Shown piece after piece: positions 40,381 through 50,343 of a stretch of 64,000 bases of DNA; positions within the stretch are counted from its first letter, which is position 1, and the number at the start of each line of letters is the position of its first letter. The position numbers were made by a program, and so were the translations under genes. Location of the stretch: NCBI GenBank assembly GCA_963665665.1, contig OY762428.1:3712001-3776000 (forward strand), read 5' to 3'. Under the pieces are notes generated by a model that saw only the letters and a program-made list of their open reading frames with translations, searched no databases and was not told the origin of the DNA. The stretch is from Candidatus Kapaibacterium sp. (lineage in GTDB: Bacteria; Bacteroidota; Ignavibacteria; Kapaibacteriales; UBA2268).

Positions 40381-42225
40381 TTATCTAAAATTAAAACCAT
40401 CGAGTACATCAAATACACTTTGTATTCTGCCAAATGGCGCTGATATCTGTATTCCCTTAATATGATTCCGTATCCGATTCAGCGTTTCCCGGGCAATATC
40501 AATACCTTCCTTAAGGCTGTCTTCCTTCGAACCTGCTCTTTTTCTCATTCGAATCAGTATTTCTTCCGGGACGTCACAGCCGGGTACTTCATTGTTCATG
40601 AACTCTGCATTTCTTATGGATACAAGTGGCCATAAACCCGCAACAATAGGGATTTTTATATGTTTTGTTCTTTCAATAAAATTCTCAAATACTCTGATAT
40701 CAAAAACCGGTTGAGTAATAATAAATTCTGCCCCGGCATCAACTTTCCAATCCAGCCTTTTTATTTCTTCATCCAGGTTTACAGCGCCGGGATTAGCACC
40801 AACCCCAATGAAGAAACCCGTAGGATCGCCAATCGGGTTTCCGGCTATATCCATTCCGTGGTTCAGACGGTTTATTATATTTACGAGGCCGATGGAATCT
40901 ACATCAAAAACTGCCGTGGCATCAGGGTAGTTTCCCAGTTTCGGGGGGTCGCCCGTAATAGCTAATATATTTTTTAAACCAAGAGCATAGGCGCCCAGTA
41001 AATCTGACTGAATGCCAATTACATTACGATCCCTGCAAACATAGTGCAAAAGGGTTTCAATGCCCACTTCACGCTGAATTTTAACTGCAAGTGCCATTGC
41101 TGACATCCTTGCGCTGGCACGAGGGCCGTCAGGGATGTTAATACAATCAATTCCATAATAGTTAAGTTCCCTGGCTTTTTCAATTTCCTTTTTTGGGAGT
41201 ACTCCCATAGGTGCGAGTAGTTCAACAAATTTTATAAAATGGCCGTCTTTAAGTTGCCTTGCAGTTCTGGATTTTTTCTCACAGGGAACAGTTGATATTT
41301 CAATTTTCTTGGCTGGCTCGCTGAATTTAACCCTGTTTTGTTTCAGGTCCGGTTTCAATGAGTTCAGCATATTACTCATTTTTTTGATATGCTCAGGCCC
41401 TGTTCCGCAGCATCCTCCAATTATATCTGCTCCGGTTTGTATATAGTGCTTTGCATATTCGCCAAGATATTCAGGGGAAGTCAGGTAAATATTCCTCCCG
41501 TCAATATTTTTTGGTTTACCTGCATTCGGCATCACTGATATATATTTATCCGTATACTTTCTGGCTTCCTCCAGCCAGTTCAGCATAACCCTTGGCCCTA
41601 CCGAACAATTCACCCCGATAATATCTGCCCCGAAACTTTCCATTTCCCTGATCATTATTTCCGGTGAAGCACCTGTAAGTGACCTGGAATGTTCGTTGAT
41701 TGTCATCTGTGCGATAACCGGCAGGTTTGTGACTTCCCTTGCAGCCTTAACAGCACATTTCAATTCGTCAGGATAGATGAAGGTTTCGAAAAGAATAATA
41801 TCTATTCCGCCATCAATCAGGGGAATCAATTGTTCTTTGAAAAATTCAATTGCCTCTTCACGGCTGATTGGGCCCAGAGGTTCAATTTGAATTCCAAGCG
41901 GCCCGACTGAACCAGCCACGTAAACAGAATTATCGGCAACTTCCCTGGCAATTGATGCTGCATTAAAATTTATCTCTTTAAGATTTTCATGCAGCAGTTG
42001 CCTTCGAAGTTTGAACCGGTTCCCGCCAAATGTATTTGTGGTAATAACTTCCGCACCGGCTTTGATGTAATCGGAATGAATATCTTTTATCAACTGTTTG
42101 TTTGATAAGTTAAGTTCCTCAAAGCACTTGTTAAGGAATACCCCTCTTTTGTACAGTTCAGTTCCAAAACCACCGTCAAATAGTATCGGACCCTTTTTTA
42201 TTCTCTCTAAAAAGCTTAATTTCAT
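40381..42225 (-). CDS. Bifunctional homocysteine S-methyltransferase / methylenetetrahydrofolate reductase (YitJ-like)
   Basis: FDGGFGT, GVNC, GGCCGT in the N-terminal domain; IPDGPRA, CRDRN, ITGDPP, ITQPVFD in the MTHFR domain. Confidence 0.93.
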   Translation of the reverse strand: MKLSFLERIKKGPILFDGGFGTELYKRGVFLNKCFEELNLSNKQLIKDIHSDYIKAGAEVITTNTFGGNRFKLRRQLLHENLKEINFNAASIAREVADNSVYVAGSVGPLGIQIEPLGPISREEAIEFFKEQLIPLIDGGIDIILFETFIYPDELKCAVKAAREVTNLPVIAQMTINEHSRSLTGASPEIMIREMESFGADIIGVNCSVGPRVMLNWLEEARKYTDKYISVMPNAGKPKNIDGRNIYLTSPEYLGEYAKHYIQTGADIIGGCCGTGPEHIKKMSNMLNSLKPDLKQNRVKFSEPAKKIEISTVPCEKKSRTARQLKDGHFIKFVELLAPMGVLPKKEIEKARELNYYGIDCINIPDGPRASARMSAMALAVKIQREVGIETLLHYVCRDRNVIGIQSDLLGAYALGLKNILAITGDPPKLGNYPDATAVFDVDSIGLVNIINRLNHGMDIAGNPIGDPTGFFIGVGANPGAVNLDEEIKRLDWKVDAGAEFIITQPVFDIRVFENFIERTKHIKIPIVAGLWPLVSIRNAEFMNNEVPGCDVPEEILIRMRKRAGSKEDSLKEGIDIARETLNRIRNHIKGIQISAPFGRIQSVFDVLDGFNFR

Positions 42226-42403
42226 ATTAATAACGAATCAGTTGTTTTTAATAAAACTAATAATATAATTTAGCTGTACTAAAAAACCAAATTATTTGTG
42301 ACTATTTTCAAAAAACAGTCAGATTTTAATAAATATACTTGCATATTTGAAATCATTCTGTTTATTTTGTTTTAGCAGCATAGAGAATAAATTTTTGAAA
42401 CAA

Positions 42404-43618
42404 ATGAACATATTAAAATATTCCATTCCTATTTTATTTCTCCTGATTTTCAACGGGAAAGCATTTTCCGATGAAAATTGTTTTCTTACAGCCAAACCAA
42501 AAAAGGGAGACGGTATATCTACTTTTTTGAAACGCTATGGCCTTCCTGCCGGTAGTGAAGAGAAAAAATCATTTATTGATATAAATTCAGGGCGGCTTAC
42601 AAAAAGAAACGGCCTTGTTCTTGGCAGGCATTATCAATTGCCCATATTGAAAGTGAAATTCAACGGGAAAACAATACGCTCGTGTACGGGTATCGTTAAT
42701 TTTGACAGTGCAAAAGCAATCCAGGATTATAATGACAAACTTGCTAAAAGAAGAATCAAAGATAAAGATTTTAGAATCGATAAAGTACTTTGGGTACCAC
42801 AGTTCCTTATATCCGTTTCCCAGGAAAAAAATATACCTGAAAAGTCTCTTGATTGCAATGAAAGCGGCAGAAAGATAAATGCACCAGACTTATCAATATT
42901 CGGGGAAGCGAATTCAAAATTAATTAAGAGAGACACAAAGCTGAATGGTGCTGTGTTTTACCTTGTTGCAGGGCATGGCGGGCCTGATCCGGGAGCTGTT
43001 GGGACAAGGGGAAAATATACTTTTTCTGAAGACGAGTACGCTTACGACGTTACTTTAAGGCTCGGCAAAAGATTGCTTGAACACGGGGCTACTGTTCATT
43101 TCATAGTTCAGGATCCCAATGACGGGATAAGAAGCGGTAAATACCTGGAATTGGATTATGATGAATACTATCTCGGTGGTGATACAATTTCGGCTGATCA
43201 GCTTGAAAGACTGGCAAAAAGGGTGGAAATTATTAATAAAGAATATCAAAAATCTAAAAAAAAATCAAAATATCAGCGTGTTGTCGTAATACATGTTGAT
43301 TCCAGAACCGAAGGAAAGAAAATTGATATATTTTTCTATCATAATCCCGGAAGCCTGACAGGAGAAAAATTTGCAAAAAACCTACAGCAAACTATCAGGA
43401 AAAAATACGCTGCAGCCCAGCCTGGCAGGGGATACGGCGGTACTGTCAGCTCCCGTGGGCTATACCTTTTGCGCAAAACCAATCCTGTTTGTGTATATAT
43501 AGAACTTGGGAATATACAGAATTCAAGAGACCAGCTGCGATTTTTTCAGGAGAATAACAGGCAGGCTATTGCAAACTGGCTTGCTGAAGGTTTGATAGAA
43601 GATTTTAACCAAAAATAA
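42404..43618 (+). CDS. N-acetylmuramoyl-L-alanine amidase (Amidase_3)
   Basis: Signal peptide; AGHGGPDPGA, EDEYA, IHVDS, YIELGN zinc/catalytic motifs. Confidence 0.9.
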   Translation: MNILKYSIPILFLLIFNGKAFSDENCFLTAKPKKGDGISTFLKRYGLPAGSEEKKSFIDINSGRLTKRNGLVLGRHYQLPILKVKFNGKTIRSCTGIVNFDSAKAIQDYNDKLAKRRIKDKDFRIDKVLWVPQFLISVSQEKNIPEKSLDCNESGRKINAPDLSIFGEANSKLIKRDTKLNGAVFYLVAGHGGPDPGAVGTRGKYTFSEDEYAYDVTLRLGKRLLEHGATVHFIVQDPNDGIRSGKYLELDYDEYYLGGDTISADQLERLAKRVEIINKEYQKSKKKSKYQRVVVIHVDSRTEGKKIDIFFYHNPGSLTGEKFAKNLQQTIRKKYAAAQPGRGYGGTVSSRGLYLLRKTNPVCVYIELGNIQNSRDQLRFFQENNRQAIANWLAEGLIEDFNQK

Positions 43619-43783
43619 TTATTTGCAAAAATAGCCACAAAATGATTACAAAAGAATTTATAAATGCCTAATAAATATTAGTAATAGATTAAAAAATCCT
43701 ATATATTTGTATCTGCATATTATAGCAGAAAATGAAATTGATTTTGAAAACAGTAAATTATGATTTTTTAACCGGAGAAAAGT

Positions 43784-45019
43784 ATGAATGTTTTAGTGCT
43801 TAATTGCGGAAGTTCATCACTGAAATTTCAGATTGTTGATACTGATTTAGAGAAGATAGGTAACGATGATGATAAGATGTTGGCAAAGGGATTGATAGAA
43901 CGTATTGGTAGTCAGTCACTTATGACATTTCAGGTAATGGGAAAACCTGCAGTTAAAATGGCAACACCTTTAAGAGATCACAGGGCTGCAATTTTCCAAC
44001 TCAAAAAATGGCTTGAATCAGACGAAACAAAAATCCCGGGCCTTACAAGCAACGAAGATATTCATGCTATCGGCCACCGCACAGTACATGGCGGTGAAAG
44101 GTTCAAACGCTCGGTTCTTATAGATAATGAAGTAATTCAGGGTATCGAAGATTGTATCGACCTGGCTCCGCTTCACAATCCTGCAAACCTGAAAGGTATT
44201 TATGCAGCAAGGGAACTTTTTGGCCCTGTTGTTCCTCAGGTAGCAATTTTTGATACTGCATTCCATGCTTCTATGCCACAGTCTCATTACTTGTATGCTA
44301 TTCCTTATCAGCTCTACAGAAGGTATAAGATCAGGCGTTACGGATTCCATGGAACATCTCACAGGTATATACGCTACAGGTATGGCAAAATTACCGGACG
44401 TACACCCGAAGATACCAACATCATTACAATCCACCTTGGCAACGGCGCTTCGGCATGTGCTATTAAAAAAGGAAAGTCAATTGATACTTCAATGGGATTC
44501 ACTCCGCTTGAAGGCCTTATGATGGGTACAAGGTCGGGTGATATTGATCCTGCTATCGTTGAATATCTGTCGCACAAAGAAGGTGCTACACTTGACGAAG
44601 TAATGGCCACATTGAATAAACGTTCAGGCCTTCTCGGCGTGTCCGGCCTTACAAATGATATGCGCGACCTTCTTGAAGAAATTGATGAATTCCACGACAG
44701 GCGTGCGCTTCTTGCAATCGACATGTTTGCTTCCAGAGTTAAAAAATATATTGGTGCTTACATCGCTGAAATGAACGGTTGCGACGCTATCTGCTTCACA
44801 GGCGGTATTGGCGAGAACTCACCTGAAGTACGTCGCCAGATATGTGCAAACTTAGAAAACCTTGGAATCGAGATTGATGACATCCTTAACCAGGATGCTA
44901 TTCGCGGAAAAGAAATGCTGATAAGCACAAAGAGCAAAATTGCAATCTATGTAATTCCCACAAATGAAGAACTCGTAATGGCTCGCGATACAGTACGTTG
45001 TGTTATGAACGCAATATAA
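43784..45019 (+). CDS. ackA: Acetate kinase
   Basis: VLVLNCGSSSLK, GHRTVHGG, APLHNP, FDTAFH, RYGFHGTSH, HLGNGAS, FTGGIGENS, TNEE. Confidence 0.97.
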   Translation: MNVLVLNCGSSSLKFQIVDTDLEKIGNDDDKMLAKGLIERIGSQSLMTFQVMGKPAVKMATPLRDHRAAIFQLKKWLESDETKIPGLTSNEDIHAIGHRTVHGGERFKRSVLIDNEVIQGIEDCIDLAPLHNPANLKGIYAARELFGPVVPQVAIFDTAFHASMPQSHYLYAIPYQLYRRYKIRRYGFHGTSHRYIRYRYGKITGRTPEDTNIITIHLGNGASACAIKKGKSIDTSMGFTPLEGLMMGTRSGDIDPAIVEYLSHKEGATLDEVMATLNKRSGLLGVSGLTNDMRDLLEEIDEFHDRRALLAIDMFASRVKKYIGAYIAEMNGCDAICFTGGIGENSPEVRRQICANLENLGIEIDDILNQDAIRGKEMLISTKSKIAIYVIPTNEELVMARDTVRCVMNAI

Positions 45020-45065
45020 AATTTGGAAAATTAAGTTGTTTTAATAAAGATTTACAGGAATTATA

Positions 45066-46049
45066 ATGGCCGATAATACATTTATAAATGGCGTAAGGGC
45101 AAAAGCCGCTGAAATTTGCAAAAGAGTAGCCTTCCCCGATGCAGCAGATGTTAGATCAATTGAAGCATCAAGATTTCTTGCCGACCAGAAACTGGCAGAA
45201 CCGGTACTCGTTGGATATGAAGATGAAATAAAAAAAGTTGCTACTGATAATAATATAAATCTTGATGGTATTGAAATTATCGATCCCAAACAAAGCAATC
45301 TGAGCGAAGAATTCGCCAATATGCTTTTCGAGAAAAGAAAAAATAAAGGAATGACAATAGAACAGGCTAAAGAAACAATTCTTGACCCGCTATATTTTGC
45401 CGGTTATCTTCTTGAAACAGATAATGTTGCAGTTGCTGTTGGCGGTAACGTTTCTTCAACCGGCAACGTACTCCGTGCTGCAATTTATTCAGTGGGCGTT
45501 GCTCCCGGTATTTCAATTGTAAGTTCATACTTCATCATGGTTCTTACAGACGGCAGAATGCTTTGCTTTGCAGATTGTGCCGTTAACCCTGATCCGGATG
45601 CAAAACAGCTTGCAGATATTGCTATTGCTTCAGCAAAGAATTTCCAGTCAGTAACAGGTGAAGAATCAAAAGTTGCCATGCTTTCGTTCTCAACAAAAGG
45701 AAGCGCTGAGCATCCGCTTGTTGATAAAGTACGCGAAGCAACAAAGATCGTTTCTGAAAAAGAACCCAACCTACCGGTTGACGGTGAACTTCAGCTTGAT
45801 GCTGCTATTCTTCCTGCTATCGGTGAAAGAAAAGCTCCCGGATCGAAAGTTGCCGGTAAAGCTAATGTTCTTGTATTCCCGGATCTAAATGCCGGAAATA
45901 TTGGTTACAAACTTACACAGCGTCTTGCAGGCGCCGAAGCTGTCGGGCCGATCGTTCAGGGGCTTGCAAAACCTTATTGCGATCTGTCAAGGGGTTGCAG
46001 CACCGAAGATATGGTTAACGTAGCCTGTATTTGTTCACTGATGGCTTAA
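45066..46049 (+). CDS. pta: Phosphate acetyltransferase
   Basis: [44 protein letters not shown]. Confidence 0.95.
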   Translation: MADNTFINGVRAKAAEICKRVAFPDAADVRSIEASRFLADQKLAEPVLVGYEDEIKKVATDNNINLDGIEIIDPKQSNLSEEFANMLFEKRKNKGMTIEQAKETILDPLYFAGYLLETDNVAVAVGGNVSSTGNVLRAAIYSVGVAPGISIVSSYFIMVLTDGRMLCFADCAVNPDPDAKQLADIAIASAKNFQSVTGEESKVAMLSFSTKGSAEHPLVDKVREATKIVSEKEPNLPVDGELQLDAAILPAIGERKAPGSKVAGKANVLVFPDLNAGNIGYKLTQRLAGAEAVGPIVQGLAKPYCDLSRGCSTEDMVNVACICSLMA

Positions 46050-46071
46050 GCAGATCACAGATAATAATATT

Positions 46072-46110
46072 ACAATACTACAGAGGCAATGCTTTTGTAG
46101 TATTGTTTTA
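46072..46110 (+). terminator. Long stem-loop after pta (terminator or processing/stabilising hairpin)
   Basis: ACAATACTACAGAGGC-AAT-GCTTTTGTAGTATTGT 16-bp stem followed by TTTA. Confidence 0.6.
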
Positions 46111-46162
46111 ATTTAACCGGCAGTTTAAACTGTTTTAGTTAAAACATACAACGAGGTATCTA

Positions 46163-47692
46163 ATGGCTTATGAAATTAAAGGCGAAGGCTTAACAATTGA
46201 CAACCTGGTCAATGTTGCAAGAAATTATGAAGAAGTAAAACTTGCTGATGAATCCGTTGAAAGAATCAAAAAATGCAGGGCATTGCTTGAAAGAAAAATT
46301 GAAGCACGCGAAATCATGTATGGTGTAAATACAGGTATCGGTGAATTTTCTGAAGTTGTTCTTGACGATGACCAGGTGAAAGAATTCCAGAAATACCTTA
46401 TCTATAACCACTCTGCCGGTATAGGTGATCCTGCCCCGATTGAACATATAAGGGGTGCTATGCTTGCAAGGACAAATGTTCATGCACATGGTAATTCGGG
46501 TTGCCGCCCGGAAATAACTCAAACTTATGTAGATTTGCTTAACAAAGGCCTGACGCCGGTTGTTTGCGAAAAAGGCTCGGTTGGAGCATGTGGCGACCTT
46601 GCACCTATGTCACAAATTGCTTTGACGTTGATGGGTGAAGGCGAAGTATTTTTCGAAGGTAAAAGAATGCCTTCGAAAACAGCTATGGAAAAAGTCGGTA
46701 TTCCAATTCCCGGGCTTAAAGCAAGAGACGGTCTGGCAGCTATAAATGGTTCAAATCTTCTCACTGCCATGAGCGCTATTACGCTTCATGATTATAATAA
46801 ATTCCTAAAGATGGCTGAGATTGCCGCTGCTATGTCTCTGGAGGCATTGCTCGCTAACATGAAACCTTATGATATGAGAATTCATCAGCTTCGTGGTTTC
46901 AAAGGGGCGCAGCGCAGCGCTATGGCATTGAATAAATGCCTGGCCGGCTCTGATCTTATCAGTGGTAAAATTAAAACGAAAGTTCAGGATGCATATTCAA
47001 TGCGTTCAACACCGCAGATTATCGGCGCGGCACATGATGCACATGCTTATGCAAGATCTCAGGTTGAAATTGAACTTAACGGAGTAGGTGATAACCCGAT
47101 ATTCATTCCCGATGATGATGTACAGCTTTCAGGAGCTAACTTCCAGGGTACTCCGGTTGCTGTTCCAATGGATATGGCAGGTTCATCAGTAACTATGGTC
47201 AGCGTTTTGTCTGAACGCCGACTGAACAGGCTTCTCAATCCTGCCCTCAGTGTCGGTCTGCCGGCATTTCTTACTAAAGGAGCGGGAATGTTCTCAGGCC
47301 TGATGCTTAGCCAATATACAGCAGATATGCTTATTGTTGAGCAGAGAATTCTTTCAAACCCGGCATCAATTCAGTCTATACCTGCTGCTGCAGACCAGGA
47401 GGACTTTGTATCGATGGGAATGAATACAGCACTGAAAAATAACCAGATACTTGATAATGCTTACGGAGTACTCGGAATAGAATTCATGGCTGCCGCACAG
47501 GCTCTTGATATCAGAGATTTCAATAATGGCGACGGTGTTATGGCTGCACGCAAGGTAATCCGTGAACATGTTGAATTCCTGGAAATTGACAGGCCACTTT
47601 ATAAAGACCATAACACTATGAAAGAACTTGTAAGATCAGGAAAAATTCTTGAAGCAGTTGAAGCTGTCGTTGGCAGCCTCGAAACAGAATAA
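46163..47692 (+). CDS. Aromatic amino acid ammonia-lyase/aminomutase (HAL/PAL family) with atypical Ala-Cys-Gly MIO motif
   Basis: YGVNTG, GSVGACGDLAP, INGS, QDAYSMR, DNP, NFQG, QEDFVSMG. Confidence 0.92.
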   Translation: MAYEIKGEGLTIDNLVNVARNYEEVKLADESVERIKKCRALLERKIEAREIMYGVNTGIGEFSEVVLDDDQVKEFQKYLIYNHSAGIGDPAPIEHIRGAMLARTNVHAHGNSGCRPEITQTYVDLLNKGLTPVVCEKGSVGACGDLAPMSQIALTLMGEGEVFFEGKRMPSKTAMEKVGIPIPGLKARDGLAAINGSNLLTAMSAITLHDYNKFLKMAEIAAAMSLEALLANMKPYDMRIHQLRGFKGAQRSAMALNKCLAGSDLISGKIKTKVQDAYSMRSTPQIIGAAHDAHAYARSQVEIELNGVGDNPIFIPDDDVQLSGANFQGTPVAVPMDMAGSSVTMVSVLSERRLNRLLNPALSVGLPAFLTKGAGMFSGLMLSQYTADMLIVEQRILSNPASIQSIPAAADQEDFVSMGMNTALKNNQILDNAYGVLGIEFMAAAQALDIRDFNNGDGVMAARKVIREHVEFLEIDRPLYKDHNTMKELVRSGKILEAVEAVVGSLETE

Positions 47693-47724
47693 TTGTTATA
47701 ATAATAAATCATACGGAGATATTC

Positions 47725-48621
47725 ATGGAGTTAAAATCCCTGAATGATTTAATAGAAATCGCAAAACAGAAACCAAAAAAGAAAATTGCTGTAGCTGCTG
47801 CTGCCGACGAACCCGTACTCCAGGCAGTTGCTGATGCTATGCAGGCCGGAATTGCAGATCCTATTCTTGTTGGAAATGAAAAAAACATCAGGGATATTGC
47901 GGCAAAAATTAATTTCAATCTTGATAATGTTGAAGTTATCAACGAAGAAAATGCTGCCAGGGCTGCAATTAAGTGTGTAAAGATAATCCGCGACGGTGAA
48001 GCCCAGATAATCATGAAGGGCCTTGTAGCCACTGCTGATTATCTGCGTGCCATTCTGAACAAAGAACACGGCCTTAGAAAAGGTTCGCTTCTTTCTCATA
48101 TCGGATTTTTCGAAGTACCGGTTTATCATAAACTACTTGCTTTGACCGATGCAGCTCAGAATATTGCCCCCAACCTTATGGAAAAGGTCGGTATTCTTAA
48201 TAATTCGATTGATATGTTCCACCACCTCGGTATTGAAAAGCCTAAAGTTGCTATGCTGGGAGCAGTTGAAACAGTCAACCCGAAAATGGAATCTACTATT
48301 GATTCAGCTGCCATCACACAAATGTACAGAAGAGGGCAGATAAAAGATTGTATGATTGACGGCCCTCTGGCTTTCGACAACACAATATCAATGGAAGCTA
48401 CAAAACATAAAGGAATTGTAAGTGAAGTAGCAGGCGATGCCGACTTACTTTTCGCTCCGAATATTGAAGTTGGAAACGTTCTTTACAAGTGTTTCACATA
48501 CTTCGGTGGCGCTACGGTAGCTGCTGTTATTCTTGGAGCTTCAGTTCCTGTTGTTCTTACATCCAGGGCCGATTCTGATAAGAGCAAGTTAATGTCTCTG
48601 GCTTTAGCTGCATCCTATTGA
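47725..48621 (+). CDS. ptb: Phosphate butyryltransferase / phosphate acyltransferase
   Basis: IMKGLV.TA, AVETVNPKM, DGPLAFDN, PNIEVGNVLYK, PVVLTSRADS. Confidence 0.9.
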   Translation: MELKSLNDLIEIAKQKPKKKIAVAAAADEPVLQAVADAMQAGIADPILVGNEKNIRDIAAKINFNLDNVEVINEENAARAAIKCVKIIRDGEAQIIMKGLVATADYLRAILNKEHGLRKGSLLSHIGFFEVPVYHKLLALTDAAQNIAPNLMEKVGILNNSIDMFHHLGIEKPKVAMLGAVETVNPKMESTIDSAAITQMYRRGQIKDCMIDGPLAFDNTISMEATKHKGIVSEVAGDADLLFAPNIEVGNVLYKCFTYFGGATVAAVILGASVPVVLTSRADSDKSKLMSLALAASY

Positions 48622-48666
48622 TTTGAATTATAAATTTTTTTGTATAATTGACCAACAGATTGGAAA

Positions 48667-49737
48667 ATGAAAATACTAACAATTAATCCGGGTTCCACAT
48701 CAACAAAAATTGCTGTTTTTAATAATTTGGAATCTGTGTTCGAAAAAACTTTGCGCCACTCGGTGGATGAGCTTGCAGATTTTCAAAATATTACCGACCA
48801 GTTTGAATTCAGGCGCAATATTATACTTGATTGTTTGAAAGAAGAAAATATTTCTGTTGATTCTTTCGATGCAATAGCCGGCAGGGGTGGAATGTTGAAA
48901 TCCATTCCGGGCGGAGTTTACAGGGTAAACCAGGTTATGATAGAAGACCTGAAAAAAGGTGTTCAGGGCGAGCATGCTTCAAATCTTGGTGGCATACTTG
49001 CCAGAGAGATTGCTCAGGAAACAAAGCATCCTGAAAATGCTTTTATCGTGGATCCTGTTGTTGTTGACGAGATGGAAGATATTGCCCGCTATTCCGGGCT
49101 TCCGGATATGCCAAGAGTAAGTATATTCCACGCTTTGAACCAGAAAGCTGTAGCCAGGCGCTATGCCAGGGAACACGATCTTGATTATAAAGATATTAAT
49201 CTTATCGTTGTTCATCTCGGCGGGGGTATAACCGTTGGTGCACACAGGCGCGGCCGGGTGGTTGATGTTAATAACGGACTCGACGGCGAAGGGCCGTTCT
49301 CGCCAGAAAGAGCCGGCACAGTACCTGTTGGCGCACTGATGAGACTTTGCTTCTCTGGTAAATATCAGCTTCATGAAGTAAAGAAAATGTGCGTTGGAAA
49401 AGGTGGTATGGTATCATACATGGGCACTAACGATGCTTATGAAGTAGAATTGATGATGGAAAAAGGCGACCAGAAAGCAAAGGACTGCTATCTTGCGATG
49501 GCATACCAGGTGGCTAAGGATGTTGGTGCCAATGCAACAGTGCTTAAAGGCGAGGTGGATCAGATTCTGATAACAGGAGGCCTTGCAAGGTCCAAACCTT
49601 TCGTTGATATGATCAAAGAAAGAATTTCTTTCCTTGCCCCGGTATCAGTTTATCCCGGTGAGGACGAACTTCAGGCATTAGCTGAAAACGTTCATTACGC
49701 TATGCTTGGCGAACGCCAGATAAAAGAATACCTCTGA
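48667..49737 (+). CDS. buk: Butyrate kinase
   Basis: ILTINPGSTSTK, GRGG, HASNLG, DPVVVDE, HALNQKA, HLGGG, GPFSPERAG, YPGEDE. Confidence 0.96.
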   Translation: MKILTINPGSTSTKIAVFNNLESVFEKTLRHSVDELADFQNITDQFEFRRNIILDCLKEENISVDSFDAIAGRGGMLKSIPGGVYRVNQVMIEDLKKGVQGEHASNLGGILAREIAQETKHPENAFIVDPVVVDEMEDIARYSGLPDMPRVSIFHALNQKAVARRYAREHDLDYKDINLIVVHLGGGITVGAHRRGRVVDVNNGLDGEGPFSPERAGTVPVGALMRLCFSGKYQLHEVKKMCVGKGGMVSYMGTNDAYEVELMMEKGDQKAKDCYLAMAYQVAKDVGANATVLKGEVDQILITGGLARSKPFVDMIKERISFLAPVSVYPGEDELQALAENVHYAMLGERQIKEYL

Positions 49738-49761
49738 TAGTTACATATAATTTGTTTATAG

Positions 49762-49789
49762 GATCCCGGCTTCGAAGTCGGGATTTTTA
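49762..49789 (+). terminator. Intrinsic terminator after buk
   Basis: ATCCCGGCTT-CG-AAGTCGGGAT stem followed by TTTT. Confidence 0.8.
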
Positions 49790-49913
49790 TTATTTATCGG
49801 CTTGCTTTTTATATTTATTTTGATTTCCTGATTAAATATATAAAAGATTCAATCAGGGTAACAACTCAGCATAAAGGAAGAGTATGTTAGATATGGTTAA
49901 TAATACCAGAAAA

Positions 49914-50005
49914 TGTCACTCTGAACGAAGTGAAGAGTCTATTCTTCATAATTTTATCCTAAAAACAAGTGGATTCTTCAGTCGCTTCGCTCCTTCAGAA
50001 TGACA
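49914..50005. repeat. Palindromic intergenic repeat (inverted copy of the 5796-5885 family)
   Basis: TGTCACTCTGAA..GATTCTTCAGTCGCTTCGCTCCTTCAGAATGACA; the right arm is close to the reverse complement of 5796-5828. Confidence 0.85.
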
Positions 50006-50166
50006 TTTTTGCAATTATTCTTTTCAAAAACAGAATAATATTATATTTGCTGAGTAGTATTCAATCAGGTAATACTGAAACATCATCATATCAATACCCG
50101 GGAAGAATGTTAATAATCTTTAAATTAGTACTTTGAGTGAATCATATCAATAGGGATGTAACTATC

Positions 50167-50203
50167 AAAAAAAGAAAAACCCGCGAAAATTTTTAGCGGG
50201 TTT
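50167..50203 (-). terminator. Terminator downstream of tRNA-Met
   Basis: AAACCCGC/GCGGGTTT stem with an A-run on its left. Confidence 0.65.
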
Positions 50204-50211
50204 AAGTTTTG

Positions 50212-50285
50212 TACCGGAGGACGGATTTGAACCGCCGACACTCGGATTATGATTCCGATGCTCTAACCAACTGAGCTACTCCGGC
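50212..50285 (-). tRNA. tRNA with CAT anticodon (probably elongator tRNA-Met)
   Basis: Reverse complement GCCGGAGTAGCTCAGTTGGTTAGAGCATCGGAATCATAATCCGAGTGTCGGCGGTTCAAATCCGTCCTCCGGTA folds as a cloverleaf. It has no initiator GGG/CCC anticodon stem, and CCA is not encoded. Confidence 0.93.
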
Positions 50286-50343
50286 TCACAAGAGAATTCA
50301 AATATACGGCTAATTTTTATAATGCGCAAGAACTTTTTAATAT

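Noticed and set aside
42226-42403. SAM or cobalamin riboswitch upstream of the yitJ-like/metH genes
   Set aside because: Region is short and AT-rich and lacks the conserved aptamer motifs.
46163-47692. Calling the lyase hutH
   Set aside because: Atypical ACG, NH and NFQG signatures and no hut context; substrate cannot be assigned.
50212-50285. tRNA as an integration site for an island
   Set aside because: No duplicated tRNA 3' end seen and no integrase nearby.
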